Below are positions 10,092 through 18,926 of a stretch of 64,000 bases of DNA, in pieces; within the stretch, counting starts at the first letter, position 1; each line of letters begins with the position of its first letter. Origin of the DNA: Phycisphaerae bacterium (GTDB lineage Bacteria; Planctomycetota; Phycisphaerae; Phycisphaerales; UBA1924). A program made the position numbers and the translations under genes. The stretch covers positions 38,927 to 102,926 of the forward strand of contig JBKDAN010000049.1 in the NCBI GenBank assembly GCA_046316615.1. Reading direction: 5' to 3'. The notes below the pieces were generated by a model. It was not told the origin of the DNA and ran no database searches. It saw nothing but the letters and a program-made list of their open reading frames with translations.

Positions 10092-10613
10092 ATGAAACGC
10101 TGGCAACTGATTTCGCTCGTGGTTGTGTTGCTCATCGCGATGGTGTGGTTTCTCTACGCGCTCTACTTTGCGTGGCAGTCAAACTACGACTACAAGGACA
10201 TTCAGCCCAACGCGGATTTCTGGGGGCAGATCTTCGCCTCGGGCTTTGCGTTTGTCGGCAATGGCATTTTCTTCATCACGCTGGTGCAGCAGACGGAAGA
10301 ACTTCGTTTGATGCGCGAGGAGCATCGCGTCAGTCGCGAAGAAGCTCGCGGCATGCGCGAACTGGCGGAGCGGCAGGAACACCACCTGCGGCGGCAACTG
10401 CTGCTGACCGAGAAGGCCGCGCGGCTTCAGCAGTTCTTTCAGTTGCGGGACACGCTGCGCGAGCTCGATGCGTCCAAAGAAATTCCCGCCGAAGAAGCAG
10501 CAATGCGGCGGCGCGGGCTGGTCACGCTGATCGGCAACATTCTTGATGCGGAGCACTTTGAGCCCGATGAGATGGCCACGTTACTCGCGATGGTGCGTGA
10601 TCGGCGGGCGTGA
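10092..10613 (+). CDS. Hypothetical membrane protein with a coiled-coil tail
   Basis: Two N-terminal TM helices ('LISLVVVLLIAMVWFLYALYFAW', 'IFASGFAFVGNGIFFITLV'), then a charged helical region. No family recognised. Confidence 0.5.
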   Translation: MKRWQLISLVVVLLIAMVWFLYALYFAWQSNYDYKDIQPNADFWGQIFASGFAFVGNGIFFITLVQQTEELRLMREEHRVSREEARGMRELAERQEHHLRRQLLLTEKAARLQQFFQLRDTLRELDASKEIPAEEAAMRRRGLVTLIGNILDAEHFEPDEMATLLAMVRDRRA

Positions 10614-10621
10614 TGCGACGA

Positions 10622-11368
10622 TTACGGCGTGACGCGCAGTAGCGGGGGCGTCATCGGGTCGCCATTACCTTTGCCGACGAGCGAGTCGATCTGCGCAAGG
10701 CGCGGCTCGCCGTCGCGGCGTTTGTAGATGATGGTGATGCCCGGGCAGCGCTGGGGCGGCTCGTGCGTGCGCGGTGATGGCAAGGTGACGCATTCGAAGC
10801 GTGGGTTGGCCATGAGCTGCCGGACGGCGTGGCCCACGCCATCGAAGTAGAGGCTGTCGTGCAGCAGGATCGCTCCGCCCGAGCGGAGAAGTGGCTCGAA
10901 CGCGATAAGTTCGAAGATGATGGTTTCGTACGCGTGGTCGCTGTCGAGCACGAGGAGGTCGAAGGGTTCACCCGTGTAGATGCGCGGATCACGCAGGTTG
11001 ACGGCGTCGATGCTGGAGGTGTGCATCCAGCGAATGAAGCGGGCAACATCGTGATTCTCCCACAGGTGCGGCAGCAGCGCACAATCCATCGAGACAACTT
11101 CACGCGGAAGGCCGTCGATGGCGGTCATTTCTCGCAAGGCCAAGGCGATGCACGTGGTGGAATAGCCCAGGTGTGTGCCGGTTTCGAGCACGCGGCGTGG
11201 GCGCAGCAGGCGCGTGAAGGAGCGCCACAGGCGGCCCACTTCCACCTCAACGCTGCCGTAACTGAGCGGCTCGCCCGGCGCGGTGCGGTAGCCGCCAGTC
11301 GTGAAGTCGTACGTGGCTTCGTGGGCGAGCAGGGCCGGTGGATCGTCGTGGCTGTGGGGCAAAGGCAT
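10622..11368 (-). CDS. Class I SAM-dependent methyltransferase (O-methyltransferase-like)
   Basis: Motif I-like 'RVLETGTHLGYST', 'FDLLVLDSDHAYE' and 'LLRSGGAILLHDS', as in Methyltransf_24/CmcI-type small-molecule methyltransferases. Confidence 0.7.
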   Translation of the reverse strand: MPLPHSHDDPPALLAHEATYDFTTGGYRTAPGEPLSYGSVEVEVGRLWRSFTRLLRPRRVLETGTHLGYSTTCIALALREMTAIDGLPREVVSMDCALLPHLWENHDVARFIRWMHTSSIDAVNLRDPRIYTGEPFDLLVLDSDHAYETIIFELIAFEPLLRSGGAILLHDSLYFDGVGHAVRQLMANPRFECVTLPSPRTHEPPQRCPGITIIYKRRDGEPRLAQIDSLVGKGNGDPMTPPLLRVTP

Positions 11369-11398
11369 CGCGCCACTTTATGCGAAGGTGCGGCGTGA

Positions 11399-11638
11399 TT
11401 AGTCGTCGTCGTCGGACTTGCGGCCGCCTGCGCGTTCTTCGATCCACGCGGCCTGGATGTGCTCGAGGATCTTTTCGTTGACGACATGGCCCGGACGCTC
11501 ACGGAAGCCGGGCAGAGCGGCAACGAGCTTCTTGAGTTCGACAAAGCCGATGCGCAGCGGATCGCGATCGGGGTAGTGCTCATTGAGCAGTTCGCCGATG
11601 TAGTCGGTCTCGAGCCAGTCGAATGTGTCGTCGGGCAT
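11399..11638 (-). CDS. iscX: Fe-S cluster assembly protein IscX
   Basis: 79 aa. 'W.ETDYIGELLNEHYPDRDPLRIGFVELKKLV..LPGF...NEKILEHIQAAWIEE' aligns by eye with E. coli IscX/YfhJ ('W.DSREIGEALYDAYPDLDP..VRF..., NEKILEAILLVWLDE'). Confidence 0.85.
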   Translation of the reverse strand: MPDDTFDWLETDYIGELLNEHYPDRDPLRIGFVELKKLVAALPGFRERPGHVVNEKILEHIQAAWIEERAGGRKSDDDD

Positions 11639-11658
11639 GGCTCAGTCTCGGAGCGCGA

Positions 11659-12057
11659 TCAGTGGGGAATTTCTTTCACGGCGTTGCGATTCCACGCGGG
11701 CACGCGCACGCGGATGGCGCCTTCCTTCTCGATGACGCATTGGCAGGCCAGGCGCGAGTTGCGCTGCAGGCCCGGCGCTTCTTCCACGCGGTCTTCCTCG
11801 GCTTCCGTGCTTTCGGCGAGGTTCTTCATGCCGTCTTCAACGTACACGTGGCAGGTGCTGCACGCACAGACGCCGCCACATGCGTGCTCGATGTTGATGC
11901 CATGTTCCATGGCAAGCTCGAGCAGGCTCTCGCCGGTGGCGCCCATGAGTTTCCACTCTTTGATGGCCTTGCCCGTCAGACCTTCGGGGTCTTCGAGGAA
12001 GAAGGTCACGGGAACGACATCGGGGCCGTGGGGGCGATCGGAGTGCTTGAGGTGCAT
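11659..12057 (-). CDS. fdx: ISC-type [2Fe-2S] ferredoxin (adrenodoxin-like)
   Basis: 'INIEHACGGVCACSTCHVYV' plus a distal 'SRLACQ' supply the four Cys ligands of Fdx. It sits immediately upstream of iscX, as in isc operons. Confidence 0.88.
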   Translation of the reverse strand: MHLKHSDRPHGPDVVPVTFFLEDPEGLTGKAIKEWKLMGATGESLLELAMEHGINIEHACGGVCACSTCHVYVEDGMKNLAESTEAEEDRVEEAPGLQRNSRLACQCVIEKEGAIRVRVPAWNRNAVKEIPH

Positions 12058-12133
12058 TGCAGGGAATAGTACGAAGCTGAGGTGCCTGATGGATGCGACC
12101 GGACTTGAAGGTCAATAATGCCGCACTCGTGGC

Positions 12134-12982
12134 TTGATGCCCGGGTGCGTGGGTGTGCGGGTTGCGTGCATCTGGTTCGCACTCGTGCGTTCACGTAAGC
12201 ATCGAGTCATTGAGGGCCTCCGCTTGCAGCATGGATCGCTGGATATTTCGGTCGTCGCTCCCGCCCATAACGAGCAGGACAACGTCGACGCGCTCGTGAC
12301 GCAGGTGGGGGACGCGCTGGCGGCGAGCGGGTTGACGTACGAGTTTGTGATTGTGGACGACGGCTCGACGGACCAAACGCGGGCGAAGATTACCGGCATG
12401 ATGGCGTCGCGCCCGTGGCTGCGGTGCGTGGCGATGACGAACACGCCCAAAGGCAAGGGAAACGGCCAATCCGCGGCGTTTCATGCTGGTTTTCGCGCCA
12501 CGCGCGGCGACTTGATCGCGGTGCTGGATGCTGATCTGCAGAACGATCCGGCGGAGATTCCGCAGATGGTGAAGCTGCTGCGCGAGCGGTCGGCGGACAT
12601 GGTGCAGGGCGACCGCAGCCATGCCCGCAAAGACAACGTGGTGCGCAAGGCCGGAAGCTGGGTGGGGCGAAAGTTCCGGCTGTGGCTGCTGGGTGACACA
12701 ATTCGTGACACGGGCTGCTCGCTCCGTGTGATGAAGCGCGAGATTGCACTGCAACTGCCGCTGCAGTTTCGCGGCATGCACCGCTTCATTCCGGTCATGG
12801 CGCGGCACCTGGGGTACACGGTGATTGAAATGCCAGTGACGCATCGCCCTCGCTTGGCGGGTGAGACCAAGTACGGCTTCGGCATCACGCAGCGGGCACT
12901 ACCTGGACTGCATGACTTGCTCGTGGTCCGCTGGATGCGCAACCGCCGCCGGCCAGTGACGAGCATGGAAGTCACGAAGTGA
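12134..12982 (+). CDS. Family 2 glycosyltransferase (polyprenyl-phosphate sugar transferase-like)
   Basis: 'ISVVAPAHNEQDNV', 'YEFVIVDDGSTDQT' and 'AVLDADLQNDP' (DXD) are GT2 / DPM1 / ArnC-like motifs. The start codon is uncertain and may be internal. Confidence 0.85.
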   Translation: MMPGCVGVRVACIWFALVRSRKHRVIEGLRLQHGSLDISVVAPAHNEQDNVDALVTQVGDALAASGLTYEFVIVDDGSTDQTRAKITGMMASRPWLRCVAMTNTPKGKGNGQSAAFHAGFRATRGDLIAVLDADLQNDPAEIPQMVKLLRERSADMVQGDRSHARKDNVVRKAGSWVGRKFRLWLLGDTIRDTGCSLRVMKREIALQLPLQFRGMHRFIPVMARHLGYTVIEMPVTHRPRLAGETKYGFGITQRALPGLHDLLVVRWMRNRRRPVTSMEVTK

Positions 12983-13020
12983 TCGTCCCTGCATGCGAGA
13001 GGCACGCTCTACAGTGACGC

Positions 13021-13551
13021 GTGCGATACATGTGCATTGATCTTGGCGACAAGCGCACCGGTTTGGCCGCGGGCGATGCATTTTCGCGATTGGCGTCGCC
13101 ACTCAAGGTGCTCGAGGTGCCGATCGCAGAGCGTGCCGGCGAGAGTCTGGTCGCGGCGATCGTGCGCGAGGTGAATGGTTACTTTGGAGATGCACGCACA
13201 GCGGGCGAACTGGTCATGGGCATGCCCTTCAATATGGATGGGACCGAAGGGCCGCGAGCCAAAGGCGTGCGGGCGTTTGCGGAGCGCGTGGCGAAGGCAA
13301 CGGGGCGGGTGGTGCACTTCCATGATGAGCGCCTCAGCAGCGTGGAGGCCGACTGGAAGATGGCGCGTTCGGGATTGACACACGGACAGAAGAAGGCGCG
13401 GCGCGATGCGCTGGCGGCAGCCGCGATTTTGCAGGACTTTTTGGGTGGTTTAGAGGGCGGCGGAGCGGCGTTTGGTGGCGGTTCGTCTGGCGTTCGCTCG
13501 ACGGAAGCGGACGTCGATGGGCGCGAACAAGATGATGACGGGGGCGTCTAA
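13021..13551 (+). CDS. ruvX: Holliday junction resolvase-like nuclease RuvX (YqgF)
   Basis: 'MCIDLGDKRTGLAAGD', 'MPFNMDGTEGPRAK' and 'VHFHDERLSSVEA...RRDALAAAAILQDFL' form the YqgF signature. Confidence 0.9.
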   Translation: MRYMCIDLGDKRTGLAAGDAFSRLASPLKVLEVPIAERAGESLVAAIVREVNGYFGDARTAGELVMGMPFNMDGTEGPRAKGVRAFAERVAKATGRVVHFHDERLSSVEADWKMARSGLTHGQKKARRDALAAAAILQDFLGGLEGGGAAFGGGSSGVRSTEADVDGREQDDDGGV

Positions 13552-13650
13552 TCTGGAGTTGGCAGCACGGTGTCTGGGCTGATGCCCCGGCTCGTGCAAG
13601 AGTTTGAGGCAGCGTGTAGCGGAAGGATCCGAACACGCTGAAAGAGCATT

Positions 13651-14577
13651 ATGAGCATCTCTCTGACAACGTTGACGGTTCTCTCGGCATCGTGGCTCAC
13701 GGTCATGAGCGGCATAGCGATGCAGGACCAGCCCGCAGCTCCCGTGCAGACGCAGCCGGCGAGTGACGGCGCGGTGAGCGGCGCAACGGCGACGATTGTG
13801 GTGAAGCCCGCGATTGATGACCCAGCGAGCATCGTGACGGCCGAGGACATGCTGGATGTGCTGGAGCGCGCGAACCAGGATCTGGTGACGCTGCGCGCCA
13901 ACATCCGCATCGGCACACTCAAGGATCTGCAAGGCGACTTGCAGCGGCGCACGGGCGTGGTGTACTACGAGCATCGCAAACCCGCGCCTGAAGAAACGGT
14001 CATGCCTGTGCGGCGCTTTGCCGTCAAGTTCACGGAGCTTGATAACGATGGTGTCGTGAGCGCGGAGAATCAGACGTTCGTGTTCACGGGGCGTGATTTG
14101 ATCGAGCGTAACGACAATCAGAAGTTCTACAGCAAGCGCTGCGTGGTGAAGGAAGGCGACACGCGTGACCCCATGCGAATTGGTGAAGGGCCCGTGCCGC
14201 TGCCTATCGGGCAGAAGAAGGCGGACATTCTGCAGCGTTTTGAAGTGGAATTGTGGGAGCCGACGCGCGACCTGGTGTGGCATGTGGATGGCGAGCAGCA
14301 GGGCGCGGAGAAGTTCGTCGAGGGAAGCAAGCAGTTGCGGCTGCTGCCCAAGCCCGAGGCGAACTTGCAGGGCGACATCGTCGAGATTCGGTTGTGGTAT
14401 CGCCCCAACAAGGCAGGCGAATGGCTGCCTCGCTTGGCATGGACCAAGAACAAGGCGGGCGACACGACGTTTGTGGAGCTCAAGGCGGTCTCGACCAATG
14501 GCGAGATTGACCCTGCGGTCATGAACGTCGAGAAGCCCGCGGACAACGCGTGGGTGGTGCAGGAAGTGGACTGCTGA
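13651..14577 (+). CDS. Hypothetical secreted protein
   Basis: 308 aa with an N-terminal signal-like segment ('LTTLTVLSASWLTVMSGIAMQ'). Globular and beta-rich; it could have a LolA-like fold, but I cannot support that from sequence alone. Confidence 0.55.
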   Translation: MSISLTTLTVLSASWLTVMSGIAMQDQPAAPVQTQPASDGAVSGATATIVVKPAIDDPASIVTAEDMLDVLERANQDLVTLRANIRIGTLKDLQGDLQRRTGVVYYEHRKPAPEETVMPVRRFAVKFTELDNDGVVSAENQTFVFTGRDLIERNDNQKFYSKRCVVKEGDTRDPMRIGEGPVPLPIGQKKADILQRFEVELWEPTRDLVWHVDGEQQGAEKFVEGSKQLRLLPKPEANLQGDIVEIRLWYRPNKAGEWLPRLAWTKNKAGDTTFVELKAVSTNGEIDPAVMNVEKPADNAWVVQEVDC

Positions 14578-14750
14578 GCAGGGGCGTTCGCCAAGAGCGT
14601 TGACGGCGGGTTTTCATCGCAAAGACGCAAAGCTCGCGAAGAAGAGGCACTGGTAACTGTGCCGACGCGCATGCAGTCGCGCCGTCATTTGCCTGTGGGT
14701 TCGCGTTTGCGGGCTTGTATCTTTGCGGCGCAAGCACCGGGCTTGCGCAA

Positions 14751-15902
14751 TCACGCGCCAACATAGCGGGCGTGCAGTGACTTGGCTTCTTCGATGCGTT
14801 CCACACCTTGCACGATGGTGCGACCATCGGCGAAGATGCTGAGCCAGATCGCATCACGACCGGTTGGAAAGAAACGCAGCATGAAGCGGCTGCGTTCAAT
14901 GCGGCCCAGCGGCGTGAGCGCGGTTACAAGCGTGTCGAAGGAAATCGGGCCGCGACCTGGAATCTGCACAGCGCGCCGGCCGCAGAGTGTGGCAGTTGTG
15001 TCACTGGCTGTTGCATCCAGAAACGTGAACTCACGTGTGGCGCAGCACGGGCAGTCGGGTGTCGCGCCCAGCGCCCGCAGATCAATGCGGCGGCGGATGT
15101 TGTTCCACACGTCAAACTCCAGCAGCGTGCCGCTGAGCAGGTGCGTGCTGGCCGTGATGATCTTGAGCGTGTCGGCTGCTTGCGCGCCGGTGGCGATGGC
15201 GATGGTGGGCCCAAGCACGCCCGCGGTGTCGCACGTGGGCACGCTGCCCGGCGCCGGGATGTCGGGAAAGATGCAGCGCAGGCACGGGCTGGTGCGATGT
15301 GCGTCAGGCATGAACGTGGCTTGCATGCCGCGCGTGCCCACAACGCCTGCGTACGCGTAAGGAATGGCGTACTTCACGCTGATGTCATTGAGCAGATAGC
15401 GAGTCTCGAAGTTGTCGGTGCCATCGAGGATGACAGCGGGTTCTCGTGCTTGAAGATCGAGTAGCTCTTCAGCGTTGCGCGCGGTGAGATCGGCGGCGAA
15501 CGGGCGTGTGCGGATGGCACTGTTGATAACGCCAAGTCGCGTTGCAGCAGCTTCGGCCTTGGGCGTGCCGTCGCGGGCGTCGGCTTCCGTAAAGAGCGTC
15601 TGACGCTGCAAGTTGGTGAGTTCAACAACATCGCGATCAATGAGCGTGATGGTGCCCACGCCCGCGCGGGCGAGCTGGTCCGCGAGCGAGCAGCCAAGTG
15701 CACCCACGCCCACGATGGCGATGTGAGCATCGGCGATGCGCTGCTGAGCGGCGGGTCCGAAGCCCGGCAGCAGCATTTGGCGGTGGTAGCGGGCGAATGC
15801 GTCGGTCACGCCGGCATGGTAAGTATGTGTTGACACAAGTGGGGCCGACGATTCGCGGCGATCGTGTTGCGTCGCGGCAAGAGCGTGGTAGACTGCACGC
15901 AT
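14751..15902 (-). CDS. ThiF/MoeB-family adenylyltransferase (Bacillus ThiF-type, with a C-terminal extension)
   Basis: 'YHRQMLLPGFGPAAQQRIADAHIAIVGVGALGCSLADQLARAGVG.ITLIDRDVVELTNLQRQ', zinc Cys pairs 'CLRC' and 'CPCC', and a C-terminal 'LCGRRAVQI...FADGRTIVQG' module as in B. subtilis ThiF. The start is uncertain: ATG 15902 overlaps the divergent ATG at 15901, and GTG 15836 is an alternative. The ORF extends to 16007. Confidence 0.85.
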   Translation of the reverse strand: MRAVYHALAATQHDRRESSAPLVSTHTYHAGVTDAFARYHRQMLLPGFGPAAQQRIADAHIAIVGVGALGCSLADQLARAGVGTITLIDRDVVELTNLQRQTLFTEADARDGTPKAEAAATRLGVINSAIRTRPFAADLTARNAEELLDLQAREPAVILDGTDNFETRYLLNDISVKYAIPYAYAGVVGTRGMQATFMPDAHRTSPCLRCIFPDIPAPGSVPTCDTAGVLGPTIAIATGAQAADTLKIITASTHLLSGTLLEFDVWNNIRRRIDLRALGATPDCPCCATREFTFLDATASDTTATLCGRRAVQIPGRGPISFDTLVTALTPLGRIERSRFMLRFFPTGRDAIWLSIFADGRTIVQGVERIEEAKSLHARYVGA

Positions 15903-16509
15903 GCAAAGCAAAGCTGGAACCGTCGCTGAATATCTTGCAAGCCTGCCCGCGGATCGTCGCGCAGCGATCGAAGCGGTGCGCAAGGTGATCTTGAAGAACC
16001 TGGACAAGAACTACCAGGAAGCGATGCAGTACGGCATGATCGGGTACAGCGTGCCGCACAGCGTGTATCCGGCTGGGTACTACTGCGACCCCAAGCAGCC
16101 GCTGCCGTTTGCTGCCATTGCGAGCCAGAAGAACTACATGAGCGTGTACCTCATGAGTCCGTACTGCGGCTGCGTGGATGATCCCCTGCACAAGGAGCAC
16201 GCCCAGTGGTTCCGCGATGCGTGGGCGAAAAGCGGCAAGAAGCTCGACATGGGCAAGAGCTGCATTCGCTTCACGAAAGCTGAGGACTTGGCGCTGGACG
16301 TGATCGGCGAGGCGATCAAACGTGTGCCCGCGAAGCGGTTCATTGAGGGGTATGAGGCAGGGCTTGGTGATCGCGTCAAGAAGCCAGCGAAGGACAAGGC
16401 CCCGAAGCCTGCGGCCAAGAAGAGTGTTGCGAAGAGTGCCGCGAAGAAGACGACGAAGAAAGCCACGAACACGAAGGCGGCAAGCAAGCGTTCTGCTGCA
16501 AAGAAGTGA
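15901..16509 (+). CDS. DUF1801 (YdhG-like) domain protein with a Lys/Ala-rich basic tail
   Basis: 'VAEYLASLPADRRAAIEAVRKVILKNL...MIGYSVP...FAAIASQKNYMSVYL' is DUF1801-like. The last 45 or so residues read 'KKPAKDKAPKPAAKKSVAKSAAKKTTKKATNTKAASKRSAAKK'. Confidence 0.75.
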   Translation: MQSKAGTVAEYLASLPADRRAAIEAVRKVILKNLDKNYQEAMQYGMIGYSVPHSVYPAGYYCDPKQPLPFAAIASQKNYMSVYLMSPYCGCVDDPLHKEHAQWFRDAWAKSGKKLDMGKSCIRFTKAEDLALDVIGEAIKRVPAKRFIEGYEAGLGDRVKKPAKDKAPKPAAKKSVAKSAAKKTTKKATNTKAASKRSAAKK

Positions 16510-16538
16510 CCGGGTAGAAACAGAGCGGGTTGCCTGAT

Positions 16539-16559
16539 CTCCGCTCTCCGTTCTCCGCT
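16539..16559. repeat. Degenerate heptamer repeat (CTCCGYT)x3, the reverse complement of the GGAGARC family
   Basis: Read directly: ctccgct ctccgtt ctccgct, in the convergent intergenic gap between 16509 and 16568. Confidence 0.7.
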
Positions 16560-16567
16560 CACCCGCC

Positions 16568-17698
16568 TCAGCTCGAAAACACCTGCCCGGGCGACACCGT
16601 AATGACGCGCCGCACGGAGATCAGGCTCGCAAGCATGATGGTTGCGAGCGTCGCGACGAAGCTGCCCACGAGCAGTTGCCACGGGAACTGCACTTGCAGC
16701 TCACTCTCGGCCTTTGTGCTGAGAATGGCAAAAAGCCCCGCCGCGCCCACGCCAATACCGAAGCCGATCACGCCGACGACCAGGGCTTGCAGCAGAATCA
16801 TGCCGAGCAGCGTGGGCGTGCGCGTGCCCATGGCTTTCAGCACCGCAAAATGCCGCAGGTTCTCGACGGTGAACTGGTAGAAGATGCTTGCGCTAAGCAG
16901 AAGCCCCACCACCAGTCCGAGCAGAATGGTCACCGCGAAGTTGATGCCGATGCCGGTCGCCACCACGATGAAGCGCTTGCTGCGATCGGTGAACTCCTGT
17001 GTGGTGAAGGCTTGCACATCTCCCAACGCGCTGATGGCATCGCGCACAGCAAGCTTGTCAAAGCCGTCCTTCACCTTGACGAGAATGTAACTAATGCGCT
17101 CGCGACCCACCGGCGTGAATCGCGTGGCGTTGTCGAACGTCGTGTAGATAATGGCGTTGCCTTCAAACCCCAGGCGAGCTTTGCACACGCCGACGATCAC
17201 TGCACGACGATCATTAATCTTGAGCACATCGCCGACCTTTGCGCCGCCCAGTCGCTCCAGGCTCTTGCGCTCAACCACGATCGCGTCGGGAATCCACAAA
17301 TCCTCGATGCGGCCTTCGATCATCTCAGGCGGCCCGCCCGCAAGCGTGCTGCGAGAGATGCCCACGATCTGCACGCGCTTGAACGTGCCCGAATCAAGCT
17401 CGCACACGGCGATGCCGTTGAAGAACGGCTCGGCCCACGCCACGCCCGGGACACTGCGCACGCGGGCCAGTTTCTGATCCGGCAGCGCTCGAAACTCGGC
17501 AATCCAAGGCGTATCGGGATCGGCAACCCACAAGTCGTTCTGCGTCACGTTTTGCAACGGGCCTGTCGCCTGACGAAGCAGACCCAGGAAGATCGCGCCC
17601 TGCTGATTCATGAGCAACGCGGCAAATGCCAGCCCCAGCACCAGTGTGATGTACTTGGTGCGGTCGCCGAACAACATGCGCACTGCGATATGAAACAT
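16568..17698 (-). CDS. ABC transporter permease, FtsX/DevC-like
   Basis: 'MFHIAVRMLFGDRTKYITLVLGLAFAALLMNQQGAIFLG', a large periplasmic loop and a C-terminal FtsX-type 3-TM bundle ('LKAMGTRTPTLLGMILLQALVVGVIGFGIGV'). There is no adjacent ATPase or HlyD-type partner. Confidence 0.82.
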   Translation of the reverse strand: MFHIAVRMLFGDRTKYITLVLGLAFAALLMNQQGAIFLGLLRQATGPLQNVTQNDLWVADPDTPWIAEFRALPDQKLARVRSVPGVAWAEPFFNGIAVCELDSGTFKRVQIVGISRSTLAGGPPEMIEGRIEDLWIPDAIVVERKSLERLGGAKVGDVLKINDRRAVIVGVCKARLGFEGNAIIYTTFDNATRFTPVGRERISYILVKVKDGFDKLAVRDAISALGDVQAFTTQEFTDRSKRFIVVATGIGINFAVTILLGLVVGLLLSASIFYQFTVENLRHFAVLKAMGTRTPTLLGMILLQALVVGVIGFGIGVGAAGLFAILSTKAESELQVQFPWQLLVGSFVATLATIMLASLISVRRVITVSPGQVFSS

Positions 17699-17720
17699 GC
17701 CTGGGTCTTCGTGGCGGCTT

Positions 17721-18926
17721 TTACTTGCGAGAGGGGCGTTTGCTCGTTGCGCGAAGCTTCGCGGGTTGGACTGTCTGTATGTGCATGTCTTCGATCAGAA
17801 TTCTGCGCATCGGGCTGGACATGCCCAGAGATGCTAGCTCTTCGCGAGTGACCACACGGCGGATGATATCTGCAGCCTGCGGCACGTCAGATTCGCGGAC
17901 TTCTCCCACAAACACGCGGAAAGTAATGTCGCGGTGGGTCGTCTGGAAGACGAAATCGTCGCGACGTTGCAACGTGATGCTCTTGGGCAGTGCAAGCTGT
18001 GCGCGAACGTTGCGCTCACTCAAGGGCTTCTCGCTTTCGATGGTGAGCGCCTGCCAGAGGCCCGCCCATAAGCCGGTGCTCGGGCGACGCTCCACCAGCA
18101 CTTTGGCGCCGAGAGTCAGCACCGCCACGGTGTGTGCCGCTGGCTTGCGCTTGGCTTGCTTCTTGGGCAGAGGAATGTCATGCTGGCGACCAAGCTCACG
18201 AGCCTTGCACGTATCGCGCAGCGGGCACATGAGGCACGCGGGTTGTTCGCTTGTGCAAATCAGTGCGCCCAGCTCCATCAGCGCTTCGTTACACGCTGCA
18301 ACCTCACCACGCGCGTGCGCGTACTTTGCGAGTGCCTCGGCCTGTTCCCACACCCATGCAGTCGCAGTCTTGTCATCCGCCGCGAGTGCTACGCCGCCCA
18401 CGCGGAGCATGACGCGTGACACGTTGGTGTCAACAAGTGGAGCGGGCTCATGGAATGCAATCGACGCGATGGCGCCAGCGGTGTAGCGGCCCAGGCCAGG
18501 CAGTGCGACGAGTGCTTCGACGCTGCGCGGCACAACACCATCATGCCGCTCCACGATGGCCTTTGCGGCGGCGTGCAGCAAGCGTGCACGCCGGTAGTAG
18601 CCCAAACCCGTCCATGCGCTCAGCACATCATCTTCGCTCGCGGCAGCAAGAGCACGAACGGTTGGAAAGCGAGTGACAAACGGCTCGAACTTCTCCAGCA
18701 CGCGCGATACCTGCGTCTGCTGGAGCATGAGCTCGCTGACGAGGCTGAAGTAAGGGTTGCGCAAGCCGGTTGCGGGGTCGATCTCGCGCCACGGCAGATC
18801 GCGGCGAGATTGACCAAACCACTTGACAAGCGGCGGCACCAGTGCTGCCGCTCGCAGCTTCGGCAGTTCGCCACTCGCTGGCACATGTGCTTGCGATTGT
18901 GGAGCACGGCGCGGCATGGGCATCAC
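17721..18926 (-). CDS. mutY: A/G-specific adenine DNA glycosylase MutY
   Basis: 'RRDLPWR...PYFSLVSELMLQQTQV', 'GLGYYRRARLLH', 'LPGLGRYTAGAI', the Fe-S Cys cluster 'C..C.MCPLRDTC' and a C-terminal NUDIX-like domain. Confidence 0.92.
   Translation of the reverse strand: MMPMPRRAPQSQAHVPASGELPKLRAAALVPPLVKWFGQSRRDLPWREIDPATGLRNPYFSLVSELMLQQTQVSRVLEKFEPFVTRFPTVRALAAASEDDVLSAWTGLGYYRRARLLHAAAKAIVERHDGVVPRSVEALVALPGLGRYTAGAIASIAFHEPAPLVDTNVSRVMLRVGGVALAADDKTATAWVWEQAEALAKYAHARGEVAACNEALMELGALICTSEQPACLMCPLRDTCKARELGRQHDIPLPKKQAKRKPAAHTVAVLTLGAKVLVERRPSTGLWAGLWQALTIESEKPLSERNVRAQLALPKSITLQRRDDFVFQTTHRDITFRVFVGEVRESDVPQAADIIRRVVTREELASLGMSSPMRRILIEDMHIQTVQPAKLRATSKRPSRK

Noticed and set aside
14578-14750. 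Intergenic 'cgcaaagacgcaaag ... atctttgcggcg' partial inverted repeat, and a similar 'gcgcttttcacttttcgctttatcgc' stretch at 20995-21025
   Set aside because: The complementarity is short and imperfect, so I could not establish a consistent repeat family or a stable structure by eye.
15899-15903. Divergent ATG start codons sharing the palindrome GCATGC (thiF-like 15902 minus, DUF1801 15901 plus)
   Set aside because: Overlapping divergent starts leave no room for promoters. The thiF-like gene more likely starts at the downstream GTG (15836), so I did not report this as a real feature.
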